From the NCBI RefSeq assembly GCF_009914755.1, contig NC_060942.1: a DNA stretch of 64,000 nt. One strand, given 5' to 3'. A program made the position numbers and the translations under genes. Of this stretch, positions 11,043 through 25,841 are shown in pieces (the stretch's first letter is position 1; every line of letters begins with the position of its first letter). The notes beneath the pieces were generated by a model, which saw only the letters and a program-made list of their open reading frames with translations, searched no databases and was not told where the DNA came from. This DNA comes from the human T2T-CHM13v2.0 reference genome, Homo sapiens.

Positions 11043-11074
11043 CACACACACACACACACACACACACACCACAC
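11043..11074. repeat. (CA)n microsatellite
   Basis: Seen directly. Confidence 0.95.
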
Positions 11075-11626
11075 TTCCTCACTGTCTCCTATGAGCGTGC
11101 TAAAAGCTCCCAACTTAGGAAGAATCGTAAGTTATTCCTAGACAAGGAAGTAGTGCGCTCTTCAAAGCTTGTACTTACAGAGAAGATAGAAGAGGAAGGC
11201 CGCTGAGTGTCATAGTTTTAGTTGCCTTGGATGGGAACAGAGGTGGAAAGGTTCAGCACTGCGGAACGAAGGGTGGGAGGCAGGAGAAGGGGAGGAATTG
11301 ATGTAACAAGAAAAGATCCACCAGTCACAGGCGGGAAGCTGAAAGTGATGATCAAGAACATATGAACACATGTCACAGCCAATCTGCCTGAGAGAAACGT
11401 TACTCTTCCCAGCCCTCGGAGCTTTAAAACAATTACGACAACAAAAAATCCCCACAGAATATTCCAGAAGAGAAGCCAGGAATGAGGGGAAATGATTCAA
11501 TAGATATTAAACTTTGAGCTGCGTCCGTTGCCATTTGCTTTTGGTAAACTTTACCCAAACAGAATTTGCATGTTAGAAATTCTCACTCATCAGGACAATT
11601 GAGCACAGACTCCGAGTTCCTTCTTG

Positions 11627-11628
<2 letters not shown>

Positions 11629-11662
<34 letters not shown>
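11629..11662. repeat. (TG)n microsatellite
   Basis: Seen directly. Confidence 0.95.
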
Positions 11663-11665
<3 letters not shown>

Positions 11666-11724
11666 CACAGGAACAGTGCTGTATTCAAATATTAGAGTAG
11701 AAAATAAATCCAAAAACATACAGT

Positions 11725-11973
11725 CTCTCCCCTTTACCTGTCTACCCCCTTTCCTTGCCCAGCTCCTGGTAACCATCATTCTACTGTCTGCTTCTATGAG
11801 TCTAACTTTTTAAAAATTCCACGTATCAGTGAGATCATGCAACACTTATCTCTCTGTGACTGGCTTAATTTACTTAGCGTAATGTCCTCTAGGTTCATCC
11901 CTGTTGTTACAAATGGCAGGATATCCTGCTTCTTGAAGGCTGAATAGTATTTCATTGTGTACATATACCACAT
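11725..11973 (-). mobile_element. L1MA-like 3'UTR fragment, antisense
   Basis: ctggtaaccatcattctactgtctgcttctatgag...gtgagatcatgc...gctgaatagtatttcattgtgtacatataccacatt. Confidence 0.85.
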
Positions 11974-12110
11974 TAAAAAATAGGTGATGGAGAGGTTGAT
12001 TAGCCTGATTTGATCATTCCACAATATATACACATAATGAAACATCACATCGTACCCGGAAAATATACACAATTATCTGTCAGCTAAAAATAAAATGAAA
12101 TTTAAGAAAG
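11974..12110 (+). mobile_element. L1MA-like terminal 3' end, sense
   Basis: ggtgatggagaggttgattagcctgatttgatcattccacaatatatacac...aaaaataaaa A-rich end. Confidence 0.8.
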
Positions 12111-12946
12111 GAAAATGTATAGCAAATAGTTTCTGTGTCTGCTCAAGCCGCTTAACAGAATGCTGTGTCTGTCTGTAAGGAAAGGGCAGCTGTTAGGGTG
12201 CATTTTCTCTCACTATCCGCTCAATACTGAAGATTTCCAAATAGGACCACGGCAGAATATCCTTGGAGTAAGCGTGGGCTGAAGCCAACAGGAACAAGAT
12301 GTGTTGTTTTTCAAGTGCCAACACCTCCTAACAACAATTTTTCGTGCTATCAGATCATTTCACACCGTGCCATTCCACCTTCTCTCAAGTCTTATCACAC
12401 AAATGCAGTTTCAAGCTTGATATTTGATGCCTGTACTGCTAAAGGGAGATATCCTGTCTTGTTCCTTAAAACACTGCTGTGGCAGTCATTTCTGTATGCA
12501 CTGGTAAACCCTCTGCCCACGTTCATTTCTGTTCAGTGACAGGGTTTGGGAGAGGGGCAATACTTTGAATTGCAGTGAGCAGCTGGGTCTGGTCTCCTCC
12601 CACTTTGGGGTCAACCTTGACTTCCAGATGATGGTCCTAACAGGACAGAAAGAGAGGGTAAGAAATGACCATCCTGCCCTTCAAATCAGCTAATGGGCAT
12701 CCGCGTCACATGGTTGACACATGGCGGGTTCTCCACTAGAGGTGTTTAAGTTTCGGATGCGTGTGCTGGTGTTGAACCCCATCGGGAGAATCACACACTT
12801 GTGTTGCTGAGTTTTGGCACCTCAGTTCTCAAGCTTTACATTTAGATTCGGTTTGTTTTATTTGAAAATGCTGGAGATGGGTCCCAGCTTGGTATCATTT
12901 GTAATGACACCAATATCCTTACCTAAGTTTTGCACAGAAGTATGGA

Positions 12947-13278
12947 AAAGGGCATGGTGAGCTTGCACCAGTCACTAGATAGCTGCCCCCCAGTGGACGG
13001 TGATCCATCGTTAAAGGACATGGTGAGCTTGCACCAGGCACTAGATAGCTGCCCCGCAGTGGACGGTGATCCATCGTTAAAGGACATGGTGAGCTTGCAC
13101 CAGGCACTAGATAGCTGCCCCGCAGTGGACGGTGATCCATCGTTAAAGGACATGGTGAGCTTGCACCAGGCACTAGATAGCTGCCCCGCAGTGGACGGTG
13201 ATCCATCGTTAAAGGACATGGTGAGCTTGCACCAGGCACTAGATAGCTGCCCCGCAGTGGACGGTGATCCATCGTTAA
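12947..13278. repeat. 66-bp minisatellite (VNTR), 5 copies
   Basis: Unit catggtgagcttgcaccaggcactagatagctgccccgcagtggacggtgatccatcgttaaagga starts at 12953, 13019, 13085, 13151 and 13217; copies 2-5 are identical over their length. Confidence 0.98.
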
Positions 13279-15244
13279 TCTGTACTGTTTTGGCATCACG
13301 CTGTTGTGGAGACAACCTGAGATTCAGAGGCTGAAGGCTGGACTATTGCGTGAACCTCAGTTTCTTTGTGCATCAAAATTATAAAAGCACATGGGATGTT
13401 CCTCCCTCCATGCTCAATATGTGGAAGGGGCCTAATAAACTGCATTGTCATTAGACTTGCTCGATCAAGTACAAACACACCTTATTAGACAGCTCTCCTC
13501 TCTCATCTCTTGCTCACAAAAATATGAAGAAAGGCATTTTCAAATGTCTCTTTTAAGTTGATACGTCAGCAAATGCACTGGTGGATACCTGAGATCAATC
13601 ATACGTTTGAGTTGGAATAATAACATATTAGTTGCCTCACGGGGTTCAATTATATTGGGGTGTCTTCCATTACCACCAATTTTCAGCTCCATGGCAAGAG
13701 AATGTAAGGGTCTAGACAAGAGGAAAGTAAGTCATGAAAGGTTTGGATTGACTGTCCAAGGTAGAAACAAATAGATATCTGGCTGGAATCCAGAATTGCT
13801 ATGTCCTTCACCCGCTCACAGCACAGATTTCTGAAAAAGATGTGCAGAGAGGTTACTTGGCCAATGAACAGTTTTTCTTACCATACTGTTCTAATCACGG
13901 GCCTCACTGGGCTGGCCAGGGCAGCTAGATTAGAGTGTACGAGGGTCAAGAGGATTCCTTTGGCCTTGAGGAAGCAGGTGGAAACCCTATATCTTTCACC
14001 AGGAACCCAAACAGATTCCTTCTTAGGCTCCCTGGGACAGGTACTCCTCAGAGAACCAGAAGCTAGGGGCTGTTTCCTCCATTCATCAAAAGTCTCACTG
14101 AAACCACGTTATTATGTGTGGCCCTGACCCGAATCCTAGCTCCTCTCTTTGGGTTGGAATGAGGATGTGGAGAGCAAGTCCATGACTACCTCTTGAGTTT
14201 AGAAGGCAGATCCAACAGGTGGCAGATCCAGCAGGCTTCAGTCTTCATTCTGCCATGTTGAAATCAAAAGGATTTCAGTAGGCCCCCTAATCTGGATAAT
14301 CAAGGAGACATCAGGTCATATTCTGGGACTGTTGTGATTGTTTTGTGTTTGGTGTATTGGTGATGTTCAGTTCATGTTCCAGACTGTGTATCCTTTAGTT
14401 ATTCAATTTGGTATCTACTTTAGGACTAAACATCTACTTCACCCTGCCTTCATCATCACCAGCTATGTGCACTTCCATGTTTTCAGCTGTTTGAGTCTTT
14501 GCTTGTCTTAACTTAAATCTTGACTTAGTTCACCCTTCTTTCTTTTAGCTCCACCAGCCTCAGTCAATGAGGTTGGTTGGTGAACACAGGCTCACAAAAT
14601 GAGGGTCCCGCATGTGGCAGGTGGTGGGCTAGGAGCCCAATATCATTTACGGTGATGATGACAGACATGTTCTCTGGCCTCCTGCAGCTTCCAGTGAACT
14701 CATTGTTTGTGTTCAATTTCCAGGTACCTAGAAGCAAAGACATAGTTTTCCTCCTGAAATCTCATCCATGCATACGTTCATTCATTGAACCAACATTTGC
14801 TGCTAGATGTTTGGTATTTTCATAAATATTATAAAACAACATGAAGACTACAGTTACAGGTTAAATTCTGCAAATTGACTAAACATAGAGTCATGGGGGC
14901 TGTAGTGGGGATCACACGAGAGGCCAGGACACCAGGAGCTTTCAAGCTCTAGGAAAGGTTTCCTAAGGGAGATGATTGTCACATATTTTGGTTACAATTC
15001 TTTTCATTAAAATGAGTCTAGATTGAATTCATTGCAAAATCAGCTTTAATATCAATATTTCATGAAATGAGCTTCATACCCCAAATGACACTCCTCTCAC
15101 TTCCGGGGAGGGGTGCTGCGAGCTGCTGCAGGCTGGGTAGTGCCACCTCAGTGGCATCGGTGTGAGCTTGAACTGCACAGCGTTTCTTTGTTCACAGACC
15201 CCCTCACCCTTTTCTATTGCTTCTTTATTTTTCTTGATGACCTT

Positions 15245-15710
15245 ACGTATTTCTTTTCCATTGCTACGTAACAAATTAATCCCAAACTTACTCCAGTAAA
15301 TGGTGACCTGTTAATCTCAGGTTCTGTGGTTAGGAAGTCTAGGGTTCTCTGTTCAGGGGCTCGCAGGGCTGAAATCAAGGCGGTGGTCCTTGCTGTGATC
15401 ATTCCAGGGGCTCAAGCTCTGAGGTTGGCTGAATCCGATTGTTTGTGTGGTGGAACTGACACCCTCAAAAACAAGAGGCTGCCCCCGTTGTTTTTGCTGC
15501 CTGCCTTGGGGCCCCTCCACCACACGACCATTTGCTTCTTCAAGGCCAGCAGAACATCTCTGTGGCTTCCAGTCTCTTTTAAGGGCTCACCTGATTACAT
15601 GGGGCCTACGAATGATGGTTTCCTTTGATGAACTCAAAGCCTGTTGTTGGAGGGCCTTGATCACACTTGTAGCATCCCTTCACCTTGGCCAAGTAAGGTA
15701 ACCAGATCAC
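15245..15710 (-). mobile_element. MLT1-type MaLR LTR (old)
   Basis: ttccattgctacgtaacaaattaatcccaaactta...ctcaggttctgtggttaggaagtc...gggctgaaatcaaggcggtgg...ttttaagggctcacctgatta. Confidence 0.7.
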
Positions 15711-16109
15711 TACTATACTGCTGATTCTCTGGCAGTTAGCACAAAGCAAAAAACGAAATGAACTTGTTCAATGTTGATTGTTTCATAGATGATGGTTTCA
15801 GGGGGAACCCTGGACAGTGGGGGCCCTTGGTGAGCCTGCACACCCACTTTGCTCTGTCTGCCCATGATAGGCTCTTCACACGTGAGCTGACCCTTGGCCA
15901 GGCGGGGCGACATCACAAGCACACCCACCTGGTCGTCTGTTTTGGAATCTTATAAATACCTTGAGCATCTCTCCCAGCAGGCTGTGTCTCTCCTCCTCAG
16001 TTGACTGAGAGGTCCTGGTGGAGGGGAGATGCTTCTCCATCCCTGGGCCATGTGGAGGGCTCGGCCCAAATGTGCTGAGCACACGTCTGTGCGTGCATCA
16101 GGATGGAAG

Positions 16110-16372
16110 GCAGCTTTGGTGACACTTAAGAGTGCTAACCTTGGAGCCAGGTCAATCCTGTGCTGAATCTGACTTACCTGTGTGATTAGACACGTGACCT
16201 GGCCATTCTGTAACCTCTTTGAGACTCAGTTTCCTCATCTGACATTTGAGGCTGACAATAGCACGTCCTTCCTCAAGGAGCTGATGTGAGGATTAAATGA
16301 GATAATCTACATAAAGTGCTTAGTGCAGACTCTGGCCTGGGGTATGTGCTCAATAAATGGGAGCTGTACTTA
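16110..16372 (+). mobile_element. MIR SINE
   Basis: taacctctttgagactcagtttcctcatctg...gtgaggattaaatgagataat...aaagtgcttagtgcag...tgctcaataaatg. Confidence 0.9.
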
Positions 16373-16732
16373 TTTGCAAAAATTAAGCTGACCTGTGTTG
16401 ACATCACTGATAATTTGTAGATAAACATATTCCATCTAAAATTTTAGTTATTAAATGGTGAGACGGGGCACAGGTCAGGTCAGGGAGCAAAAAAGAGAGC
16501 TGCGCGTGGGCAGTATTTAAGGCTTAAAAATCAGAATTAGGAAAAAAGTCACTTAACAGTGTCACCTCCGCGGCTGAGAGGACAGAACCTCCGCATGATA
16601 AAGGATCCGTGCGCCACGGTGATTTGAAGATGAGGGGAGGGTAGCGCGTTTTTAAAATAGGCCCCAGCAATGCAGTTAATCAGTTCATATTTGTCCAAAA
16701 ATATTATGCAATTCTTCTAGTATATGGCTTGA

Positions 16733-17062
<330 letters not shown>

Positions 17063-19284
17063 TAATTGTTTCATGGAGCATTTATAATTACAACGTAAGT
17101 ACATTTTAGATAAATAAATGTAAGACGATCGTGAAATCTGAGATCAGTTAAAACAAATTTGGTGAGCGACATGACGAAGTTGTACCACATGCACGTTTCC
17201 GTGGTGGCCTTGACAGTGTAGGCGGGGCTAAATGGAACCTGCGGCTTAGATGCAAACGCCACCTTCGAGCTCATCACCCCAGATTCACCTGGCACAAAGA
17301 GTGCACCTGAGCGAAGGTGAGCAAAGCCCCAGATAGTGTTAAATACCCCTGAAAGAGTACGGCAGAGGTGACCTGTAGGGACTGCGCCGCCGGAGTTCCC
17401 CAAGACAGATGGCTAACAGGCCCACACCAAAAGACGTTATTTGGTCAAGGTTGTCATTTCTGCCGGTGGAGAATGGGAAATAATACGTTTTTGTTTTTGT
17501 TTTTGTTTTCTTTGTGGAGATGATGACTTTTGTCAAGACATTTTAGAAAGTGTTCATTTGGAAAGAGATTGAGGTGGGAAACTGTGCAAGATGTAACCAT
17601 TCCGCGTGGGAAGAATAGCAGAGCAGGAGCTTCCTTTGGCTTCTTCCCATTCAGTGGCTGGTGTTTTGATTAGCCTGTACGTTAGGCTATCATTAGCGTC
17701 TTTTGAGGAAAAGTATTCCATCCATAAATATGAAAATAAGCCCATAATTGACCCTTGGACTGAATTTGTTTCCATTGGATTTTGCCATTGAAAAGGCACC
17801 TATTTGGAGAGTGCTGTGAGTGGGGTAACCTGGGTGCACCCCATGTTTGATGACAAAGATGGGCCCTTGCAAGGCAATGCACCCAGGAAGGGAGGAGAGA
17901 GGGAGGGGAAGAGAGGGAAGAGCAGGTGATTTTTTGTTTGTTTGTTGGTTTGTTTGTTTTCCTCCCCAGCTGTAAGCACAATTAGGTATAACTCAGAAGT
18001 GGCCGCCAAGTATGTGCCCTCAGTGCTCATTAATTGGACAGCTATTGAAGCGCGGCTTATAAGCGCCAATCGCCATGTCCTGCCAGGTGTCGTGAGGGTC
18101 CAGGGTAGACACACGTGGGGCAGGTAGGGAAGGTCAACGTGTTGGGGTCCATTAGAGATGAAAGATGCAAAGTAACAAAACAGGAAGTGCAGAGGGCCCA
18201 TCGGCCTGCAGGCTTTACTGAGACTGCAAATCCCAGGGGCCTTCTCTGTGGAACAGAGACCTGCGTGCCGATGTGTGCCATTCATTCCTCAGCCTTCCGA
18301 GAAGGGCTCCAAGCTGCTGCCTGGCCCGGCCTGGGGTGCGGTATCCGGTTGTTGTCTCAGCTTGCAGCCACAGCTGTAGAGTTGTGCTGCACAACCGAAA
18401 GGGTCCCTTCCCCCATTTTTAATTTTGCTTTTTCAGGAATTCCCACCACTGACTGAAAACAACATATGGCATTGCGATTGCATTAGGATCATTTGTGCAT
18501 TTCGCCAGAATGGGGCTCACAGTGAGGAAGGAGTGATCACTCCAAAGCCTGGGGGGCAGGAGGTTTGAGGCCCCGAGTTCACACCCTTCCCAGAAACAGA
18601 GCAACTACGGGTTCCGAATCGGCGGGGAAGCCACTTTGAGATGATGGAACCCTCGGGAATCTGAACTCCTGAGTGTGTTAGGGGCTTGTGCGTGCTGCCC
18701 CTCCTGAGATCATCTGGCTGTAAGTCACACCGATTGCCATCTCCAGCCACCCGAAACACGCTTTTGCATTGCCACTTCTCCTTTGCTACTGTAAGAAGTG
18801 CTGGGCATGACTTCTGCTTTATACTTCATGGCATAGATTTTCCTCCATGTTTTGTCAGCCAGGAAAAAAAAATACAGGAATGGTGACTTCTTTAGGAGAG
18901 GAGGGACTTCTCTGTTTTTCCTCCAAAACCAATCCCCCTTTCTTTCTTCTCTTGGGATCTTCAGAACCATCTTTACATGCAAATGTTTTGTTCTGCTTCA
19001 AAAATACTGCCCTAATAAACTCTTTAATTTGACTGCGTGCATCAGGTTAGCAGTGACTTCAACCCTCTGTGCTGTAAAATCTCCTGAGATCCTCTTCTGA
19101 AACTGGAATCCCTCTGACCACTGCCCACGTGCAGAAATAAACAGACCAATAATGGTTCCCTGCTCAAGTGTCTTTGAGAAACACTGGGCTAAATACGGCT
19201 AAATGGAGTTCTTTATGACAAGATTCAATACACATTGTGACTTTCCAAGATTGACATGGTCTATAGCATTGCACAACATATTTG

Positions 19285-21045
<1,761 letters not shown>

Positions 21046-21807
21046 CCCAATTTTTTTTATTATCAAGCACTTCCTTTTTTTTCCTGGACTTGTTAACATT
21101 TCTTAGATAAATAATTCATAGAACCGCAGTTCGAGCAACTTACTTCAAAAGTATATTTTTGTCAGCTTAGGTAAAATTAGTCTTTCCAACATTCTTATGA
21201 AAGCTGTTCACCTGTTTTTGTTCAAGATTGACATAAGAAAGTGATGGTCCAGACTGGTAAAAAAAAAAAGTAGATAAGTTGAATTTTATTCTTGTCCCTG
21301 AAACCTCACTGCTATAAAAGAAGCTGAGCCTTCTTGCCATCTTTTGGGTCCAGTGATGTCAATTCTCCTTGCCTCACTTTCTCTCTTCCCCATTTGTAAG
21401 CCTGGATGGCAGCTCAGGATGTTGTGACAATTAATGAAATGGAATCTGCAAAGTGCTTTGAATACTTTGAAAGAAAAGTGTCATGCACATTCAAGGAAAA
21501 GAACTAGCACAACTCCTGAATCAGTGCAAACAGAAATGTTCCCAGATCATGTTATGGAATATTACAGGTGGCACGTTCCCTTTTCTGGAAATCCTGAGAT
21601 TATCTGAAATCTAGGGCAAGCACTGTAAGTTACATTATGAAATTTTGTTATGAAAAAATACTGTTTAAAGCAAATCAAACATGAATTACTTCCACTGCAA
21701 TTTAGACATTGAACATTCCAGGACAATTTCAGGCTGCTGTGCTAAAGTATGGAGGAGTATTTGCCAGTTTTTAAGTCCACTTGGATACCCAGCTGTCTTC
21801 TTAATAC

Positions 21808-22158
21808 TGTATTAGTCTGTTTTCACACTGCTAATAAGACATACCTGAGACTGGGTAATTTATACCAGAAAAAGGCTTAATGGACTCACAGTTCCACATG
21901 GCTGGGGAGACCTCACAATTTTGGCAGAAGTCAAGGAGGAGCAAGTCACGTCATACATGGATGGCAGTGGGCAAAGAGAGCTTGTGCAAGAAAACTCCTC
22001 CTTATAAAACCATCAGGTCTCATGAGAATTATTCACAACCACAAAAACAGAATGGGATAGACCTGCCCCATGATTCAGTTACCTCCCACCAGGTCCCTCT
22101 CACAACATGTGGGAATTCAAGATGAGATTTGGGAGGGAACACAGCCAAACCATATCCA
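21808..22158 (-). mobile_element. THE1 (THE1A/B-like) solo LTR
   Basis: tgtattagtctgttttcacactgct...gagactgggtaatttata...acacagccaaaccatatcca; 5-bp TSD aatac/tatac. Confidence 0.92.
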
Positions 22159-22589
22159 TATACATAATTTTAAAAGGTAAATAGTTCCATAAGGCTTATT
22201 ATGGGGGAAAAAGGCTGTCCCTCAATTACCCCTCCAGTTTCCTCATCCTAATGACAATTATTTTATTTCAAGGTCTAGATATTACATGACTTTCTACTAT
22301 GGAGAGAAACATTGCCACCTTACACCTGCCTCTCTCTCCTCTCTCCACCTCATTTGTATATCTCTTGCCAGTATTCTCCCAATTGACCTACATGGTACCT
22401 TTTCGGTTTGATCAATAGTCCACTTTTACACTACCAAGACTTTGAAAATATATCATTTAGAGCTGAACCATATAGTGTACTAGGATTGAATTTCCCTTCT
22501 TGTGCAATTTTTTATTTTCCTGATGTGTGTGTGGTTTGGTTTATATTTCTATATTCCTGTTACTGATTCAACTTGAAAGGATTTGGCAA

Positions 22590-23900
22590 ACTTAATTATT
22601 TCCATTTCCTTGATACATTTTCTGCACTTGGCTTCCAAGACACCCACCTCTTGCCTTCCTTTGCTTTTCTTGGTGTCCTTGCTGGTTCCTCCTTTCTCCC
22701 TGCCACTCAGCCCCAAGGTGTTCTAAGGCTTGGTGCTGGGCCCTTTTCCATCTTGTCCTACACCCCATTCCCTTGGCGCTCTCATTCTGTGTTTGGCTTT
22801 ATATATCGTCCTTGTGCTAAAAATTCCCAGGTTTATGTCTCAGTGCAGACCTTGCTCCTGACTCCAGCCTCTTATGCCCCACTTCCTAAGTAGCACACCC
22901 ACGCAGATGGTGTCTGGTTTCCCAGAGCTGCCCCAAAAGAGTACCAAGAGCTGGTGGCTTAAACAACAGCAATGGACTCTCACACAGCGCTGGAGGCCAA
23001 CAGTCCAAGGTCAAGGTGTCGGTAGGCCCGTGCTCCCTCTGCAGGATCTAGGGGGGATACTTCTGCCTTTCCAGCTTCTGGTGGCTCCTGGCAACACTTG
23101 GCATTCCTTGGTCTGCAGCTGTGTCCTCCGGCCTCTGCCGGTCTCCCTGTGGCTTTCTCCCTGTGTGTCCCTGCCACACATTTTCTCCTTTGATATCTAC
23201 GGCAGGCCATATTGAATTTGGACCCACCCTGAAGACCTATTCTCAACATGATTACATCTGCCAAGACCCCCTATTTCCAAATGTGGTCATACGCACAGGC
23301 ATGTGGGTTAGGACTTCATCATATCTTTTGGGGAATATAATTCAACTCATAATAGCTACCTACTGAGCGTTTCAACCGTAATTTGTCTAAAACCGAACAT
23401 CTGATTGCCGCCACCCCACCACCACCACACATGCTACACCCACAGTGAAAACCTTGGTGGTGTCCTTGGAACCTCTCTTTATCTCTCGACCATGTCCAGT
23501 CAATAAAGAAAGCTGGTAGTTTCCACTGGCAGAATAGCCTAGAGGTCTTCTCCTTCCCTCTCTTCTCCCTGTTCCACTCCCCCCTTCATCTGGTCCACTC
23601 CCAACACAGCAGTTAGATTAGTTCTTTACAAACCTAAATCAGACCACATCGGCTGCCAGTCCAAAGCCCTCACAAAGGCCTTCCAGGCCCATGTGACTTG
23701 GACCTTTGCCTTTTCTCTTGCTCCTCCACCTCCCACTCTGTCTTCTCAGCAATGTCAGCCTCCTTCTGTTTCTCGGGTTTGCCTGGTGTGGTCCAGCCTC
23801 ATGGCCTCTGCCCTGGCAGTTCCTGCTGTCTGCACCAGCCTTCTCCAGGCACCTGCCCCACCAGCTGCCCTACCCGACAGTTCTGCCTGAGATGCCAGCT
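22590..23900 (+). mobile_element. L2 fragments split by an MLT1 LTR
   Basis: ttccttgatacattttctgcacttggcttccaagacacc...; aaacctaaatcagaccac...gtccaaagccctc...ggcctctgccctggcagttcctgctgtctg. Confidence 0.65.
22911..23352 (-). mobile_element. MLT1B/C-like MaLR LTR
   Basis: ggtggcttaaacaacagcaat...ctggaggccaacagtccaaggtcaaggtgtc...ccagcttctggtggctcctggca...ttaggacttcatcatatcttttggg. Confidence 0.85.
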
Positions 23901-23959
23901 CCCACATGCTGCCTCCAAACCCCACCCCTGGAAGTCCAATTACCTTTATTGCTTCATAA

Positions 23960-24250
23960 GTAATTTTTACTGTTGATCTGATTGATTCTGTAATCTGCAT
24001 TCAAATAAAATCCATACACTGCAGTTGATTAATATGTCCCTTAAATATCTTTTAATCTCTAAATTGTCTTCTCCCCCTGCACCTCTTTGTTTTCTTTGTG
24101 ATGTGTTTGATGAGGAAGCTGGGTAGTCTGTCCTAGAGTTCAGTGCTGTCTGGGCTTTGCTGATGGCAGCCCCCTGGTGTCCTCTGACATGTGACATTGT
24201 CCCCTGTATTTCCTGTTGTTGGGTAGTTATATTTAGCATCTGGGTAAGAT
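23960..24250 (-). mobile_element. L1MC4/5-like 3' fragment
   Basis: ttcaaataaaatccatacactgcagttg...ttgatgaggaagctgggtagtctgtcctagagtt...tctgggctttgctgat. Confidence 0.6.
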
Positions 24251-25798
24251 GGAAGCCTTTTTTTATGCCTATGGAAGTGAGTATTTAGTCTTTCTTTTTC
24301 CCTTTGCACATAAAAATATGTACTTGCTTCTTCAACAGACTTTCAAGTAATTGTCCTTATTTCAGATCTCTTTTCACCCCCACCTCCAGGGGTTGCAGGA
24401 GCTGCCAGCTCCTGAGCTTTGGTGGGAGGCTCTGGCCACACATCAGCCTCCTCTGGGCTGTTCCACGCTCCTGGCTCACTTCAGCGCTTTTGGGTCTGCT
24501 AAGACGATTGCTGTTGTTCCATCTGCTTTACAGCTTCCCACATTTTGCTGCTGACATCTCTCCCCTTCTCTTTGTCCTCATGGGTTTATGGTCCCCCCTC
24601 TTGTTTTTTCATTGCTCTCCTCTCACATTAGAGTGGTTTCAGCAGGGAGCCAACATGAACATGTGGGCTTAATCCACCATCTTTAGCAGGAAGCTGCTCC
24701 CTCCTTCTTTCCCCATCAGCTTTCGGTGAGCAAATGGTACTCAGCACCTCCTGGAAGCCACCAAGAGCACCTCTCATACCTGTGCACACAAGGCCAGCCC
24801 CACCGCCTGCTGCTCAGGCCGCGGTTCCCTCCGTTCCTTCCAGAAACTCATGCAGGCACCTGGGAGAAGCTGCCTTCAATGCTGCCTGCTCTGTTGAAGG
24901 AGAATTCCATTTTCTCTTTTGTGGCTACTGTCTTATCTCAGGTCCCTTTGCCCAAGTCTCTAGTTCCTTTTTTTCTTCCAGCCAGTCATTTAAAGTTTAT
25001 GGACCTTTTCCTGGCAAATCCATAGATTTTTTTCCCCCTATCTAATCATGACCCTAATTTTAAATCTGACCTAAGCAGGGCACCTGCTGTGGTCCTCCCA
25101 TTTACAGTTCTCTTGAGCATTTCATTCATTTATTCATCTGCCATTCTCTACTCTAGAAGTCTCTAGTAGCCTTTGTGCTTAATCATTATATTGATGTTGA
25201 TTTTGAGGACTGTGAAATATTTTATGATCTCAACGTGTCTCATCAAAGCAATTGTTTCATGCTTTTCAGGTGCAGAGTTTGGAGGTCTGGTAACAGGTGC
25301 TCCAACCAATCTGAAGTTCTCATTTCATATACTGTTAATTTCCTTTAGAATTCATACTCTCAAAGCACTTATAGAATGTATTATTTACCTTGCTGGTAAT
25401 TTGTATTTCCTTCTACCTCAATTATGCAATCTTAGCAAGACTACTCAAGCATTTGTCATTGTAACATTTCTATAAGATTCTTCTGCTGCATGTTCTTCCA
25501 AGATTTAGAAAGTAAACACACTGTCAGCTGGTGTCAGAAAACCTCACACTCTCATTTGAAAAAGACAGCTATGGAGTCCTCTTCTCTACACTGTAGTGTT
25601 ATATAATAATTATAATATGAATAAGGTTATAGCTTGACCTTAGCTTTTCAGTACTTTTCCTCCTTTTCTTTTAAAAGATTGATTTAAAAAGTATCAGTGG
25701 GGAAAAAACTTATAGAAATACGACTTGAGAAATAGAAGTAGGTTTGCATGTATCAATTTTTTTCTATTGTCAGAGATGGGGCAGTTAGAGATATTAGG

Positions 25799-25800
<2 letters not shown>

Positions 25801-25836
<36 letters not shown>

Positions 25837-25841
25837 ACACA
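25801..25841. repeat. (CA)n microsatellite
   Basis: Seen directly. Confidence 0.95.

Noticed and set aside
12947-13278. CRISPR-like array (regular palindromic repeats)
   Set aside because: Units are contiguous and identical with no unique spacers, there are no cas genes and the context is human; it is a minisatellite.
12919-13334. Three 126-134 aa repeat-protein ORFs
   Set aside because: Artefact of a 66-bp unit (a multiple of 3) that lacks stops in three frames.
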